This document shows, piece by piece, positions 17,790 to 27,643 of a stretch of DNA of 41,421 nt. The notes below the pieces were generated by a model. It ran no database searches and had not been told where the DNA came from. It saw nothing but the letters and a program-made list of their open reading frames with translations. The stretch is taken from sequence record SRR31156797_135; one strand, given 5' to 3'. Within the stretch, counting starts at the first letter, position 1; the number at the start of each line of letters is the position of its first letter. The position numbers were made by a program, and so were the translations under genes.

Positions 17790-17874
17790 TCACTTTAATT
17801 TTTCACTATGCCTAAATAACAAAAGTAATAAATAGTTTTTAGTTAAAAGGAAAGATATCAAAAGCAAAAAAAGC

Positions 17875-20283
17875 TTATTCGTATTTCAAAAAATATGCAG
17901 GTTCTATTCTAAGGGCTTTAATGGTGTGGTAACTTACAGTTATTACTACGATACCTAAAATAAGTATAGACCCAAATAAATATGGAATTACACCAGGAGA
18001 AACTGAAGCTACAAAAGTTGCAAGCCATTGATTAGCAAAGACAAATGATCCCAGCCAGGCTAACAAAGTTGCCAAAGCAAAAATTTGCATATAATCAAGG
18101 TATAGCATCTGAATAATGTGTTTGCGACCTGCTCCAAGTATTTTTCTAATGCTTATATCCTTGCTTCTTTTTTGAGCAGAAAATGCACTTAAGGCAAAAA
18201 GTCCAAGGCTACTTATAATTATTGACAAACCAGAAAAATATGCAAAAATTGACAACAACCGGTGCTCTCTTGCATACTGACTATTAAAGGCTACTTTTAA
18301 TTGCTGTACTTTTGCTGCTTCATATGGAAAGAAACTATTCCAAATTCTTTCCAAGCCCTCTGAACGCATCAAACTACCTGGATTTGGTGAGTTAATGACA
18401 AGATATTGGCTCGGGAAAATTTGAGGTAAAATAACCAAAGGAGTCACTTCTTGATGCAAGCTGTAGTAATTGAAATCCTTTATTACTCCAACAACACGAT
18501 GATCAGATATAAAACCTGAACCAAATTCTTTTCCCAATGGTCGCTCCCATCCCATTTCTTTCACAAAAGCTTCATTAACCAATACTTCTCTTGCCAGGTT
18601 TTCTTCTATGGCATCTGGATCGAACCAACGTCCTGAAACAATATCGCAACCCAGAGTTTCCAGATAATCAGGTTTTCCACTGTAAAAGTCTATAGCATTC
18701 TGGTAAATTCCAGTATCGGCAGGTATATAAAACAAAAGCCTTCCAGTTCTCATACCTGGAACTCTGTTAGCCAAAGTTGCTTTTTGGACATCTTCCAGTT
18801 CCAGCACTGCTGATAAAAGTCTTTCATATTGTACTTCTCTTGAGCTATCTCGTTCAAGTTCCATTATGACCAAATTATCGAGGTCAAAACCAAGATCCTT
18901 ATCAGTCAAATATCTGGTTTGCAATTGTATAATAATGGTAGAAATAATGATGGTACCAGCTACTAAATATTGAGCTACTAACATCGCTTTTCTGACTTTG
19001 GTTGATGATACAAAATAACTTCTTACATTACGATATAACATCAAATCAGCACCACTCCTAAAAATTGTAATGGGTTGAAAGAGAGACAAAACAAATGCTG
19101 GATAAAACCCACTGATGAATCCCAAAAGAATCCAAATTATAAGAAGGAACCCAAACATTCTGCTTAGGATCACCCATTCAAAAATATGAAAATCAAAACC
19201 TGTTATTTCGTTAAAAGCCGGGAAGAGCATTTCAGAGAATATAATAGAAATGAGAATGGCCAGAAATGTAATAGCAATAGACTCTCCTAAAAATTGTATG
19301 ATTACATTCTTTCGCGATGCTCCCATAGTTTTGCGAATGGCAATTTCTCTGGCTCGTATACCCCCCTGCGCAATAGCCATATTTATGTAATTGATACTTG
19401 CAATGGTTAATATCAGAAACCCTATTACACTAAATAACCAAACTATCTGTTTATCGCTATTCGTCAAACTATCATATTGATACGTGTTGCTAAAATGGAT
19501 ATCCTTTACAGGTATGAATGGAAATTTAATATCCATATTCATTTTGTAGTAATTTGTAAAAGTATCCACCTCTGTTCTAAATGCACTATCCACCTTTGCC
19601 TCAAGCATATCCATAGGCAAATTACTTTGCACATACACTGAACTATTAAGTCTTGTCCAATCATACGTGTGGGTTCTTTCATTGATCATAGCTGTGTCAA
19701 ATGGAATAACTACATCAACATCTAAATGCGAATGATATCCACTCTTTGAAAAAACACCGGTAATTTGATAAAGCTTTTCTCCGTATTTGAACAAATCATA
19801 TTTATAAGGTTCAAAATAGGTTTCATAAAGCTTCTCAGATATCCATGCATTTGGTAAAGTATCTGTTTCTTGAAGTATGAAATCTCTTGGGTATGTAAAA
19901 AACTTAAAAAAGTTATCGTCAGTATGCACTATAGTGCCGGGATTAATCCATTTATCATCAATAAAAATATTCTTTCCATATACTCCTCTTTCAACCCTAC
20001 ACACCTGTATATCAGGAAATTCCTCAACAAGCCTCTGTCCCAACCTATTCGAAGCAAGTGCATACGGAGTGGCTTCACGATTATGATAATCAAAAACTTC
20101 ATTCACCCTGTACATCTGATCTGCATTCTCCCAATACTTATCGAAATTCAATTCTGTATACACATACAAGTAGATCAATGTACCTGCTGATATACCGGCG
20201 GCAAGACCAATAATATTGACAAAAGTGTTTAACTTTTGACGTAAGATATTACGATATATAACTGACAGATAATTTTTCCACAT
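17875..20283 (-). CDS. MacB/FtsX-family ABC transporter permease (duplicated architecture)
   Basis: NIIGLAAG, ASINYIN...EIAIRKTMGA, GVIKDFNY, SIRKILGA. Confidence 0.92.
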   Translation of the reverse strand: MWKNYLSVIYRNILRQKLNTFVNIIGLAAGISAGTLIYLYVYTELNFDKYWENADQMYRVNEVFDYHNREATPYALASNRLGQRLVEEFPDIQVCRVERGVYGKNIFIDDKWINPGTIVHTDDNFFKFFTYPRDFILQETDTLPNAWISEKLYETYFEPYKYDLFKYGEKLYQITGVFSKSGYHSHLDVDVVIPFDTAMINERTHTYDWTRLNSSVYVQSNLPMDMLEAKVDSAFRTEVDTFTNYYKMNMDIKFPFIPVKDIHFSNTYQYDSLTNSDKQIVWLFSVIGFLILTIASINYINMAIAQGGIRAREIAIRKTMGASRKNVIIQFLGESIAITFLAILISIIFSEMLFPAFNEITGFDFHIFEWVILSRMFGFLLIIWILLGFISGFYPAFVLSLFQPITIFRSGADLMLYRNVRSYFVSSTKVRKAMLVAQYLVAGTIIISTIIIQLQTRYLTDKDLGFDLDNLVIMELERDSSREVQYERLLSAVLELEDVQKATLANRVPGMRTGRLLFYIPADTGIYQNAIDFYSGKPDYLETLGCDIVSGRWFDPDAIEENLAREVLVNEAFVKEMGWERPLGKEFGSGFISDHRVVGVIKDFNYYSLHQEVTPLVILPQIFPSQYLVINSPNPGSLMRSEGLERIWNSFFPYEAAKVQQLKVAFNSQYAREHRLLSIFAYFSGLSIIISSLGLFALSAFSAQKRSKDISIRKILGAGRKHIIQMLYLDYMQIFALATLLAWLGSFVFANQWLATFVASVSPGVIPYLFGSILILGIVVITVSYHTIKALRIEPAYFLKYE

Positions 20284-20285
20284 GA

Positions 20286-22697
20286 CTACTCATATTTAAG
20301 TGTCTTTGCAGGATTAACACCTGCTGCCTGTTGTGTGTGAAGCAATGATACAATAATAATCATAAACGCCACAAGAATTGATGAAATTATGAAATTTACA
20401 AATGAGAAACCAATATGACTGGCAAAATTGCTTAACCACAATTCACTTAAATACCACGCCAACGGAATGGCAAATACCAATACAATCAGATATATTCGTA
20501 TAAATTCACCGGCAATCAGCATTAAAATTGAATTATTTGAAGCGCCATGAACTTTTCTAATGCTAATCTCTTTGCTTTTTTGTAAAATTAAAAACGAAAT
20601 AAGCCCAAGCATACCAACAGCAGAAATAACAATACTTAATATGGACATTAAACCAGCCAGTTTATTAAATAGTTTTTCCTCTTTATATTGTTGATAATAA
20701 ATATCTTCATAAGGTGTAATTTGAATATTATTAGGCCCAAGATAGTTTTTAATGGCTAACTTAATAACTTCAAGAGCTTGCTCCTCCTGCTCCTGATCAT
20801 ACCTTACTGCCATGTAGGCTTTCCCATAGGAATATTGATCACTCTCGTAAATTAAATCAATTATAAAAGGTTCTGGTTCATTATGCAATGCTTGAGGGAA
20901 AAAGCCTTCAAAAACGCCCACCACTCGCTCTTTTCCGTTATAGGTATACAAACTATGTCCGATAGCAAACTCAGGTTTTTCATATCCAAGGTATTTCACC
21001 ATTTTCATGTTAATGAGGACCTCTTTCACATGGGCTAAACTATCTTTGGAAAAGTTATTGCCTGCCACCAGATTAAAACCATAAGTTTCCAGAAAATCAT
21101 CCATAACCTTCAATGAAGGTAAAAACGCAACGTCTTCATTGTTTTTTTTCATTTTCAAATGATATGGATGTCTGTTGTGATCAATTCCCGGTATATAGTC
21201 AGATGCAGATACGTTATAAATAAATGGTGCTCTTTCAAGTCGTGTTTTTAATGCCGAATAATGCTGATATAATTCACTAAACCTGGCATTAATAATAAAA
21301 AGATTATCCCGATTAATGCCATTTTCTGATTTCAGCATAAACTTATACTGACCATTAATAGTAAGGGCAGCAAATATCATCAAAGTACTGATTAAGAGCT
21401 GACTAACAACTAAGACCTTTCTACTAAATCCACTTTTCGATGCTCTTCTTAGGTTACCTTTTAAAATATTTGAAGGTTTTAATCCTGAAATAAAAAAAGC
21501 TGGATATAAACCACCCAATAAGGTTACAAAAAGGGTAAGAATTATTATCAGTATGAGGTTCTTGGTTTGAAATAAATCAGTAAAAACAAAATTCTTGAGT
21601 GTAATCCCGTTAAACCAGGGTAATAATAGCTCAGTAAACATTACAGAAATAATAACAGCTATTATTGTAATAATAAATGCTTCACTTATCAGTTGATATC
21701 TTAATCTCAGTACCGAAGCACCAATCACTTTTTTAATAGCAATGGCTCGGGCTCTGTAAGCAAAAGTTGCGGTGGTAAGATTCACATAATTAATTACAGC
21801 CATCATGATTAGAAACAGGGCAATACCTCCAAAAATATAGATATAAACCATATTGCCATTTTGTCTTATTTCGTATTCAAGATTTGATGTAAGGTGGATA
21901 TCCTGCAATGGCTGCAAATACAAGGTATTATTATCACGCACAGCCTCATTAAAATTTTCATAAACAAACTCAGGTAACCTTTTACTGACTTTGTTAGTAG
22001 CATCAGGTCCATTTAGTTTTACATACGTCCAATAAGGATTGGTAACCCAATCGTTTAAACCTCTTTTCCCTCGCATTTCCAATAGTGTTTCCATACTGAC
22101 CAGCACAGAAAAATGAAAATGTGAATTCACGGGCCAATCTTTTACAACTGATTCAATTTCAACCTGAAACCTATCTTCAATGGTAAGTTTTTTACCAAGT
22201 ACATCTGTATGGCCGAAATATCTTTTTGCTGCTTTTTCAGTAATAACAGCTTTGAAAGGTTTTTCAAGTAGGTTTTGATTGTTTCCATAAACCTGTTCAA
22301 CAGTAAAAACTTTGAAAAAGCCTGCATCAGCAAAGAAAAAACCACTATCATTATGTGTATAACTTCTGTATGAAATCTTATTAGAAGGCGACTGAAAATT
22401 GTATAATCGCGTATAAGCTAACACCTCGTCATCAAAATACTTGGCAAAAGAAGGACCCAAAGGTAATGGACAACTGGAAGAACGCTCAATAATACCGCCA
22501 TAATTACCATGCTGAACTACCCTATAAATATCATCAGCATCCTCATGAAAACTATCAAAATTCAACTCATCGTTAAGATAAAGCCCAATTAAAAATGCTG
22601 ACGTAAAGCCCAGTATCAGTCCAAATAAATTAACCGATAAAAACGTGCGATTGTGAAACGCATGTCTGAAGGCTATATGTAAACATTTAAAAAACAC
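20286..22697 (-). CDS. MacB/FtsX-family ABC transporter permease (GTG start)
   Basis: NLFGLILG, LQPLQDIHL, INYVNL, EISIRKVHGAS, NPAKTLKYE. Confidence 0.92.
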   Translation of the reverse strand: MFFKCLHIAFRHAFHNRTFLSVNLFGLILGFTSAFLIGLYLNDELNFDSFHEDADDIYRVVQHGNYGGIIERSSSCPLPLGPSFAKYFDDEVLAYTRLYNFQSPSNKISYRSYTHNDSGFFFADAGFFKVFTVEQVYGNNQNLLEKPFKAVITEKAAKRYFGHTDVLGKKLTIEDRFQVEIESVVKDWPVNSHFHFSVLVSMETLLEMRGKRGLNDWVTNPYWTYVKLNGPDATNKVSKRLPEFVYENFNEAVRDNNTLYLQPLQDIHLTSNLEYEIRQNGNMVYIYIFGGIALFLIMMAVINYVNLTTATFAYRARAIAIKKVIGASVLRLRYQLISEAFIITIIAVIISVMFTELLLPWFNGITLKNFVFTDLFQTKNLILIIILTLFVTLLGGLYPAFFISGLKPSNILKGNLRRASKSGFSRKVLVVSQLLISTLMIFAALTINGQYKFMLKSENGINRDNLFIINARFSELYQHYSALKTRLERAPFIYNVSASDYIPGIDHNRHPYHLKMKKNNEDVAFLPSLKVMDDFLETYGFNLVAGNNFSKDSLAHVKEVLINMKMVKYLGYEKPEFAIGHSLYTYNGKERVVGVFEGFFPQALHNEPEPFIIDLIYESDQYSYGKAYMAVRYDQEQEEQALEVIKLAIKNYLGPNNIQITPYEDIYYQQYKEEKLFNKLAGLMSILSIVISAVGMLGLISFLILQKSKEISIRKVHGASNNSILMLIAGEFIRIYLIVLVFAIPLAWYLSELWLSNFASHIGFSFVNFIISSILVAFMIIIVSLLHTQQAAGVNPAKTLKYE

Positions 22698-22700
22698 CCT

Positions 22701-22749
22701 TAATGGTTAATGATTAATTATCAATTATTAATGTTTAATGATTAATTAT
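22701..22749. repeat. 7-bp tandem array, 7 units, consensus TAAT(G/T)AT
   Basis: TAATGGT TAATGAT TAATTAT CAATTAT TAATGTT TAATGAT TAATTAT. Confidence 0.75.
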
Positions 22750-22792
22750 AATGTGATTAGGATTAACTGGCTTCAAATGATATTTCAGCTAG

Positions 22793-23488
22793 TTATAGTT
22801 GCTTATCAAATCCTTCACTTACGTTTTCATGGATCACTTTCCCATCGAACAAGCGAATTATTCGACGGGCATAATCAGCATCACGTTGAGAGTGCGTTAC
22901 CATAATAATCGTTGATCCTGCACTGTTTAACTGATTCAATAGCTGCATTACTTCATCACCATGCGCCGAATCCAAATTTCCGGTTGGTTCATCAGCTAAA
23001 ATAAGCGGTGGATTGGCTACTACTGCTCTTGCTACAGCAACTCTTTGCTGCTGACCACCTGATAATTGCATAGGAAAGTAGCGGTGCCTGTGCGTAATTT
23101 GAACCTTATCCAACGCTTCTAATACTTTGCGCTTTCGCTCACGGGATGAAACACCCATGTAGATTAAAGGAAGCTCAACATTCTCAAACACATTAAGCTC
23201 TTCAATGAGGTTAAAATTCTGGAAAATAAAGCCAATACTTCCCTTGCGCATCTTGGCCCTATACTTTTCCTTTAATTTGCTTACCTCTTTATCAAGGAAG
23301 TAATATTCTCCTTGGGTAGGTGTATCAATGAGACCAAGTATATTCAAAAGTGTTGTTTTCCCACAACCGGAAGGTCCCATTACTGCTGTAAACTCCCCTT
23401 CCTGTATCTCCAAAGTAACATTGTTCAGCGCGATAGTTTCAATCTCGTCAGTACGAAAAATTTTACTTAAGTTATTGATTTTTAACAT
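22793..23488 (-). CDS. ABC transporter ATP-binding protein (LolD/MacB type)
   Basis: Walker A GPSGCGKT, LSGGQQQR, ILADEPTGNLD. Confidence 0.96.
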   Translation of the reverse strand: MLKINNLSKIFRTDEIETIALNNVTLEIQEGEFTAVMGPSGCGKTTLLNILGLIDTPTQGEYYFLDKEVSKLKEKYRAKMRKGSIGFIFQNFNLIEELNVFENVELPLIYMGVSSRERKRKVLEALDKVQITHRHRYFPMQLSGGQQQRVAVARAVVANPPLILADEPTGNLDSAHGDEVMQLLNQLNSAGSTIIMVTHSQRDADYARRIIRLFDGKVIHENVSEGFDKQL

Positions 23489-23489
23489 A

Positions 23490-24602
23490 TCATTCTTTTA
23501 TTTCCAAATGACTTATATGCCAAATCGGTTTGGATGAAGATACAATAATTTGATCATTTGGTTGCAATCCCTCCAATATTTCGATCATAGAACCCTGACT
23601 TTCACCAACTTCAACTTTCACCGATTTGAAAAATTCGTTACGTTTAACAAATACATAATAATCACCGCCACGATGAAAAACGGCTGAACGTTTTACAAGT
23701 AACTTTTCATCTGGTTCTGATTCAAAACTTATTCTGACATTACTGTCTAAGCTTTGTATCTTTTTCAAAACATCGCCCGTAATGCGCACAATACGTTTAT
23801 TTTCCTCAAAACTATCCAAATTTAAAGTTACAATATCATTATCAATCTTTAATTTCACGTCAAACTGAAGCTCTTTATTAGGAATTTGATCGAGCTTTAT
23901 AACCACAGGATCATGTATTTGAGATTGCACATAAAAAAGTGGGTCTCCGGGATTAACGCGTTCATTATTTTCAACTTTGAATTTGATATCCCCATCGCAT
24001 TTACTTACAACATACATGTAACCGGAATTACTCTGGTTACTTTTCATTTTTTGCTCTAGAAATGTTATCTCCTTTTGAAGTTTTTTTATTTTGGATCGAA
24101 TACCTTTGCTAATCAATTCAAAATCAACATCTTTGTTTAAATCATTATAATTCACTCCTGTATTTTCAAGAGATACAATTAATTGTTCCACATCAGACTC
24201 ACTCAGATTTTTGTTTTTCGAATATTCTTCTTTCAGCTGATTCATACGCTTTAAGGTATTTTTTAGCAACCGTGTTTTCTCTTTTAGTGACTGTATAGCG
24301 CTATGATCAACCCATTTCTGTCTGTGCTCACTTATGCGATTTTCAGATTGAATATATAAAACAGTATCACCGGCCTTAACTCCTTTTTCTTCTGAAATAT
24401 AATATTTTACTTGCCCAGACATTAATGCTTTTGTAGTATCTCGCCATGAAAGTAATTTACCCTTAACTGTTTTATGTTTAGTTATTTTATGAAACTTCAA
24501 TGTATCAACCTGGATATCATTAACCGAAACAGTAATATTTCTATCGCAATTAAAAAGGATAAATTGAGAAAAAGCCAGTATAATAAGTAAATATACCTTC
24601 AT
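23490..24602 (-). CDS. efflux periplasmic adaptor (membrane-fusion protein), divergent
   Basis: Lipoyl-like half motifs VKAGDTV and VNPGDPLF around a coiled coil; C-terminal EILEGLQPNDQII; first gene of the ABC operon. Confidence 0.8.
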   Translation of the reverse strand: MKVYLLIILAFSQFILFNCDRNITVSVNDIQVDTLKFHKITKHKTVKGKLLSWRDTTKALMSGQVKYYISEEKGVKAGDTVLYIQSENRISEHRQKWVDHSAIQSLKEKTRLLKNTLKRMNQLKEEYSKNKNLSESDVEQLIVSLENTGVNYNDLNKDVDFELISKGIRSKIKKLQKEITFLEQKMKSNQSNSGYMYVVSKCDGDIKFKVENNERVNPGDPLFYVQSQIHDPVVIKLDQIPNKELQFDVKLKIDNDIVTLNLDSFEENKRIVRITGDVLKKIQSLDSNVRISFESEPDEKLLVKRSAVFHRGGDYYVFVKRNEFFKSVKVEVGESQGSMIEILEGLQPNDQIIVSSSKPIWHISHLEIKE

Positions 24603-24623
24603 ATCATTTTTTTTAATACTAGC

Positions 24624-24638
24624 ACCAAGATTATACCA
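24624..24638 (-). promoter_or_regulatory. candidate sigma54 -24/-12 promoter of the ABC exporter operon
   Basis: Minus-strand TGGTATAATCTTGGT (GG-N10-GT, imperfect -12) just upstream of the adaptor start codon. Confidence 0.4.
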
Positions 24639-24695
24639 CTTAAAATAACGTACTTATTAGCAATAGCTTAAGGCATTCAGACATATTCAAATAAG

Positions 24696-24731
24696 TGTGC
24701 AAATCCAAGCAATAATGTTCAATTCCGTACA
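24696..24731. promoter_or_regulatory. two tandem candidate enhancer (UAS) sites for the sigma54 activator
   Basis: TGTGCAAATCCAAGCA (24696-24711) and TGTTCAATTCCGTACA (24716-24731): TGT-N10-(G/A)CA, 20-bp period. Confidence 0.5.
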
Positions 24732-24793
24732 TTTTTGGTTTAGTTCCGAAATTTGATGTAATTTGGTTGTTGCAAATTATTCAACTTATCATT

Positions 24794-26167
24794 ATGAGCA
24801 GGCACGGAAATATCTTAATTGTAGACGATAACGAGGATATTTTATTTTCGTTAAAGTTACTCCTTAAACATCATGTAAATCATGTCGAAATTGAACCAAA
24901 TCCGGACAATATTCCTGATTTAATGAAGGAACGTGAATATGATGTTATTTTACTGGACATGAATTTCACCCAGGACGCCAGCAGTGGCCAGGAAGGATTT
25001 TACTGGTTGGAAAAAATATTAAGTATAGATCCTGACGCTGTAGTTGTTTTTATTACAGCTTATGGCAATACAGATAAAGCAGTAACAGCAATTAAAAGTG
25101 GAGCTACTGATTTTATTCTTAAACCATTCCAAAACGAAAAAATCATTGCTACTGTGAATTCTTGTCTGCGCTTGCGCTACAGCAAAGAAGAGGTTAACAC
25201 AGAAAAGAACCGAACCAGACAATTAAGTGCCGTAACAGACCAACCTTTTAAAGATTTTATTGGTGTGGCTCCTAAAATGAAGGAAGTATTCAACACTATC
25301 CATAAAGTTGCCGGAACAGATGCCAGTGTTCTCATTACTGGTGAAAATGGGACTGGGAAAGAAGTTGTAGCGAGAGCTTTACATCGAAACTCTAATCGAA
25401 ACGATGATATTTTTGTAAATGTTGACCTGGGTGCTATTCCAGATACCCTTTTCGAAAGCGAGCTATTTGGTCATGAAAAAGGTGCATTTACCGATGCTAA
25501 AGCTACCAAACCAGGGCGCTTTGAGTTGGCGAATAAAGGCACACTATTTTTAGATGAAATTGGAAATATTCCATTGCCTTTGCAAGCAAAACTATTAACA
25601 GTTATTGAACGCAGACAAGTAAATCGACTGGGAGCAAAAACAACAAAAGATATTGACATCCGCCTGATTTGTGCAACGAATGCATCAATATATGAAATGG
25701 TTGAATCCGGGGAGTTTCGTCAGGATTTGCTTTACCGTATCAATACCGTAGAAATTGAGTTACCTCCACTTCGTGAAAGAGTTGAAGATATACCTTTACT
25801 TGCTGAGCATTACCTCAGAATTTATGGCAAAAAATACAAGAAACGAATCCGTAAAGTATCTGCAGCTGCCATGAAGGAACTTGAATTGTATGCATGGCCA
25901 GGCAATATCAGAGAACTACAACATGCCATTGAGCGCGCAGTAATTATGAGTGAAGGATCAATGCTTGAACCTGATGATTTTGTATTGTACAACAAAAACA
26001 AGGGTAAGAGCGATATCGATTTGGAAACTTATGATCTTGATCAGGTTGAGAAAACAGTAATTAAAAAGGTACTGGATAAAACTCATGGTAATATTAGTCA
26101 TGCTGCCCGTGAATTGGGTTTAACCCGAACTTCACTATATCGAAGAATGGAAAAACATGGACTATAA
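24794..26167 (+). CDS. sigma54-dependent NtrC-family response regulator
   Basis: Receiver ILIVDD...LLDMN; GENGTGKE, ESELFGHEKGAFTDA, WPGNIREL, Fis-type HTH; ATG at 24794 preferred over TTG at 24767. Confidence 0.95.
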   Translation: MSRHGNILIVDDNEDILFSLKLLLKHHVNHVEIEPNPDNIPDLMKEREYDVILLDMNFTQDASSGQEGFYWLEKILSIDPDAVVVFITAYGNTDKAVTAIKSGATDFILKPFQNEKIIATVNSCLRLRYSKEEVNTEKNRTRQLSAVTDQPFKDFIGVAPKMKEVFNTIHKVAGTDASVLITGENGTGKEVVARALHRNSNRNDDIFVNVDLGAIPDTLFESELFGHEKGAFTDAKATKPGRFELANKGTLFLDEIGNIPLPLQAKLLTVIERRQVNRLGAKTTKDIDIRLICATNASIYEMVESGEFRQDLLYRINTVEIELPPLRERVEDIPLLAEHYLRIYGKKYKKRIRKVSAAAMKELELYAWPGNIRELQHAIERAVIMSEGSMLEPDDFVLYNKNKGKSDIDLETYDLDQVEKTVIKKVLDKTHGNISHAARELGLTRTSLYRRMEKHGL

Positions 26168-27506
26168 AAGGTTTTCGGTACAAATCATATTAAGGGTACT
26201 GGCCATTCTTATCACTACAATGGCCGCCAGTTACCTTTTCTTTAAAACAACCTTTTATTTCACTGCTGCATTTGGTCTGATATTTAGTTTATTGCAAGGA
26301 TATTGGCTCATTCAGTTTGCAGCAAAAACCAATCGTCAGCTTTCGATTTTTTTGGATTCAATCCGACATGCTGAGTTTAACCGTTCATTTGAACCTACAG
26401 GACTTGGAGAAGCATTTGACGGATTATCATCTTCTTTCAACCAGGTGATGTCTGATTTTCACAACATTCGAAAAGAGAAAGAAGAGCAGTTCTATTTTTA
26501 CCAAAATGTGGTGCAACATATTGGAATCAGTATGATGGCCTATGATGGAAATGGACGTATTATTATGCTGAATAACGCGGCTAATAAGCTTTTCCAAACC
26601 AAAAAAATTAACAACATCAATGAGCTCACTTCATTCAACATTGAGTTAGTTGAAGTTTTAAAAACCATTAAGCACAATCAACGAAAACTCATAAAAGTAC
26701 AGGTTAAAGATGATTTATTACAGCTGTCTTTATTTGCTAAACAGTTCAAACAAGAAAATATAGAGATCACTATAGTTTCTGTTCAAAATATTGAAACGGA
26801 ACTGGAGCAAAACGAGATGGAAGCCTGGCAAAAACTGATTCGTGTGCTTACTCATGAGATTATGAACAGTATCACCCCCATTACTTCTTTATCAACAACT
26901 GTTAACCTCATGGTTGATGACTGGCACCTATCTAATTTAGCCGGAGAAGATACAGACGAAGTAACCAATGATATAAAACAAGCTATTCAAACCATTCATA
27001 AACGCAGCGAAGGACTATTGCAGTTTGTGCAGACATACAGAAGCCTCACAAAAATTCCAAAACCAAACTTTGGACTCCTTAAGGTGAATGATTTTTTTAA
27101 TAATATGGCTCAGCTTCATCGTAAAGATTTAGAAGCTGCCAATGTATCGCTAAGTATTGAAATTGATCCTCCAAACCTTGAAATTACAGTTGATGAAACC
27201 ATGATAGAACAAGTATTCATCAACCTCATACGAAATGCGAAACAAGCTATTTCTAAAGCAGAAAACCCACAAATTAAGTTAAAGGCTGGTTATGGCAATT
27301 ATGGCAACGTGATGCTGCAGGTAATTGACAACGGACAAGGTATTTTGCCTGAGGTATTGGAGAAAATATTTATACCATTCTTCACCACTAAAGCCAGCGG
27401 TTCAGGAATTGGGCTTTCGCTTAGCCGTCAATTAATTAGAGCACAAGGCGGAAATATTACTGCCACCTCTGAACCGGGAAAGACTGTTTTTACGGTTAGA
27501 TTTTAA
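26157..27506 (+). CDS. sensor histidine kinase (NtrY-like, PAS)
   Basis: Two N-terminal TMs; LTHEIMNS H-box, NLIRNA, DNGQG, PFFTTK, GSGIGL; overlaps the regulator. Confidence 0.93.
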   Translation: MDYKRFSVQIILRVLAILITTMAASYLFFKTTFYFTAAFGLIFSLLQGYWLIQFAAKTNRQLSIFLDSIRHAEFNRSFEPTGLGEAFDGLSSSFNQVMSDFHNIRKEKEEQFYFYQNVVQHIGISMMAYDGNGRIIMLNNAANKLFQTKKINNINELTSFNIELVEVLKTIKHNQRKLIKVQVKDDLLQLSLFAKQFKQENIEITIVSVQNIETELEQNEMEAWQKLIRVLTHEIMNSITPITSLSTTVNLMVDDWHLSNLAGEDTDEVTNDIKQAIQTIHKRSEGLLQFVQTYRSLTKIPKPNFGLLKVNDFFNNMAQLHRKDLEAANVSLSIEIDPPNLEITVDETMIEQVFINLIRNAKQAISKAENPQIKLKAGYGNYGNVMLQVIDNGQGILPEVLEKIFIPFFTTKASGSGIGLSLSRQLIRAQGGNITATSEPGKTVFTVRF

Positions 27507-27529
27507 TCAACACAATTTTCTTTCATGTT

Positions 27530-27581
27530 AATAAATCGATTTAGTAAAATTTGTTTTTCTTACTAAAACGATTTAGTTTAG
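27530..27581 (+). promoter_or_regulatory. two LacI-type operators overlapping a Bacteroidota -33/-7 promoter
   Basis: AATAAATCGATTTAGT (27530-27545) and ACTAAAACGATTTAGT (27562-27577), CG-centred palindromes 32 bp apart; TTTG at 27550-27553 and TAGTTTAG at 27574-27581 with a 20-nt spacer. Confidence 0.75.
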
Positions 27582-27643
27582 CCCCAGGTTTTAGATTTCA
27601 AAACTACAATTGAAAACCAAGATTACAGGTCAAATCATTTGAG

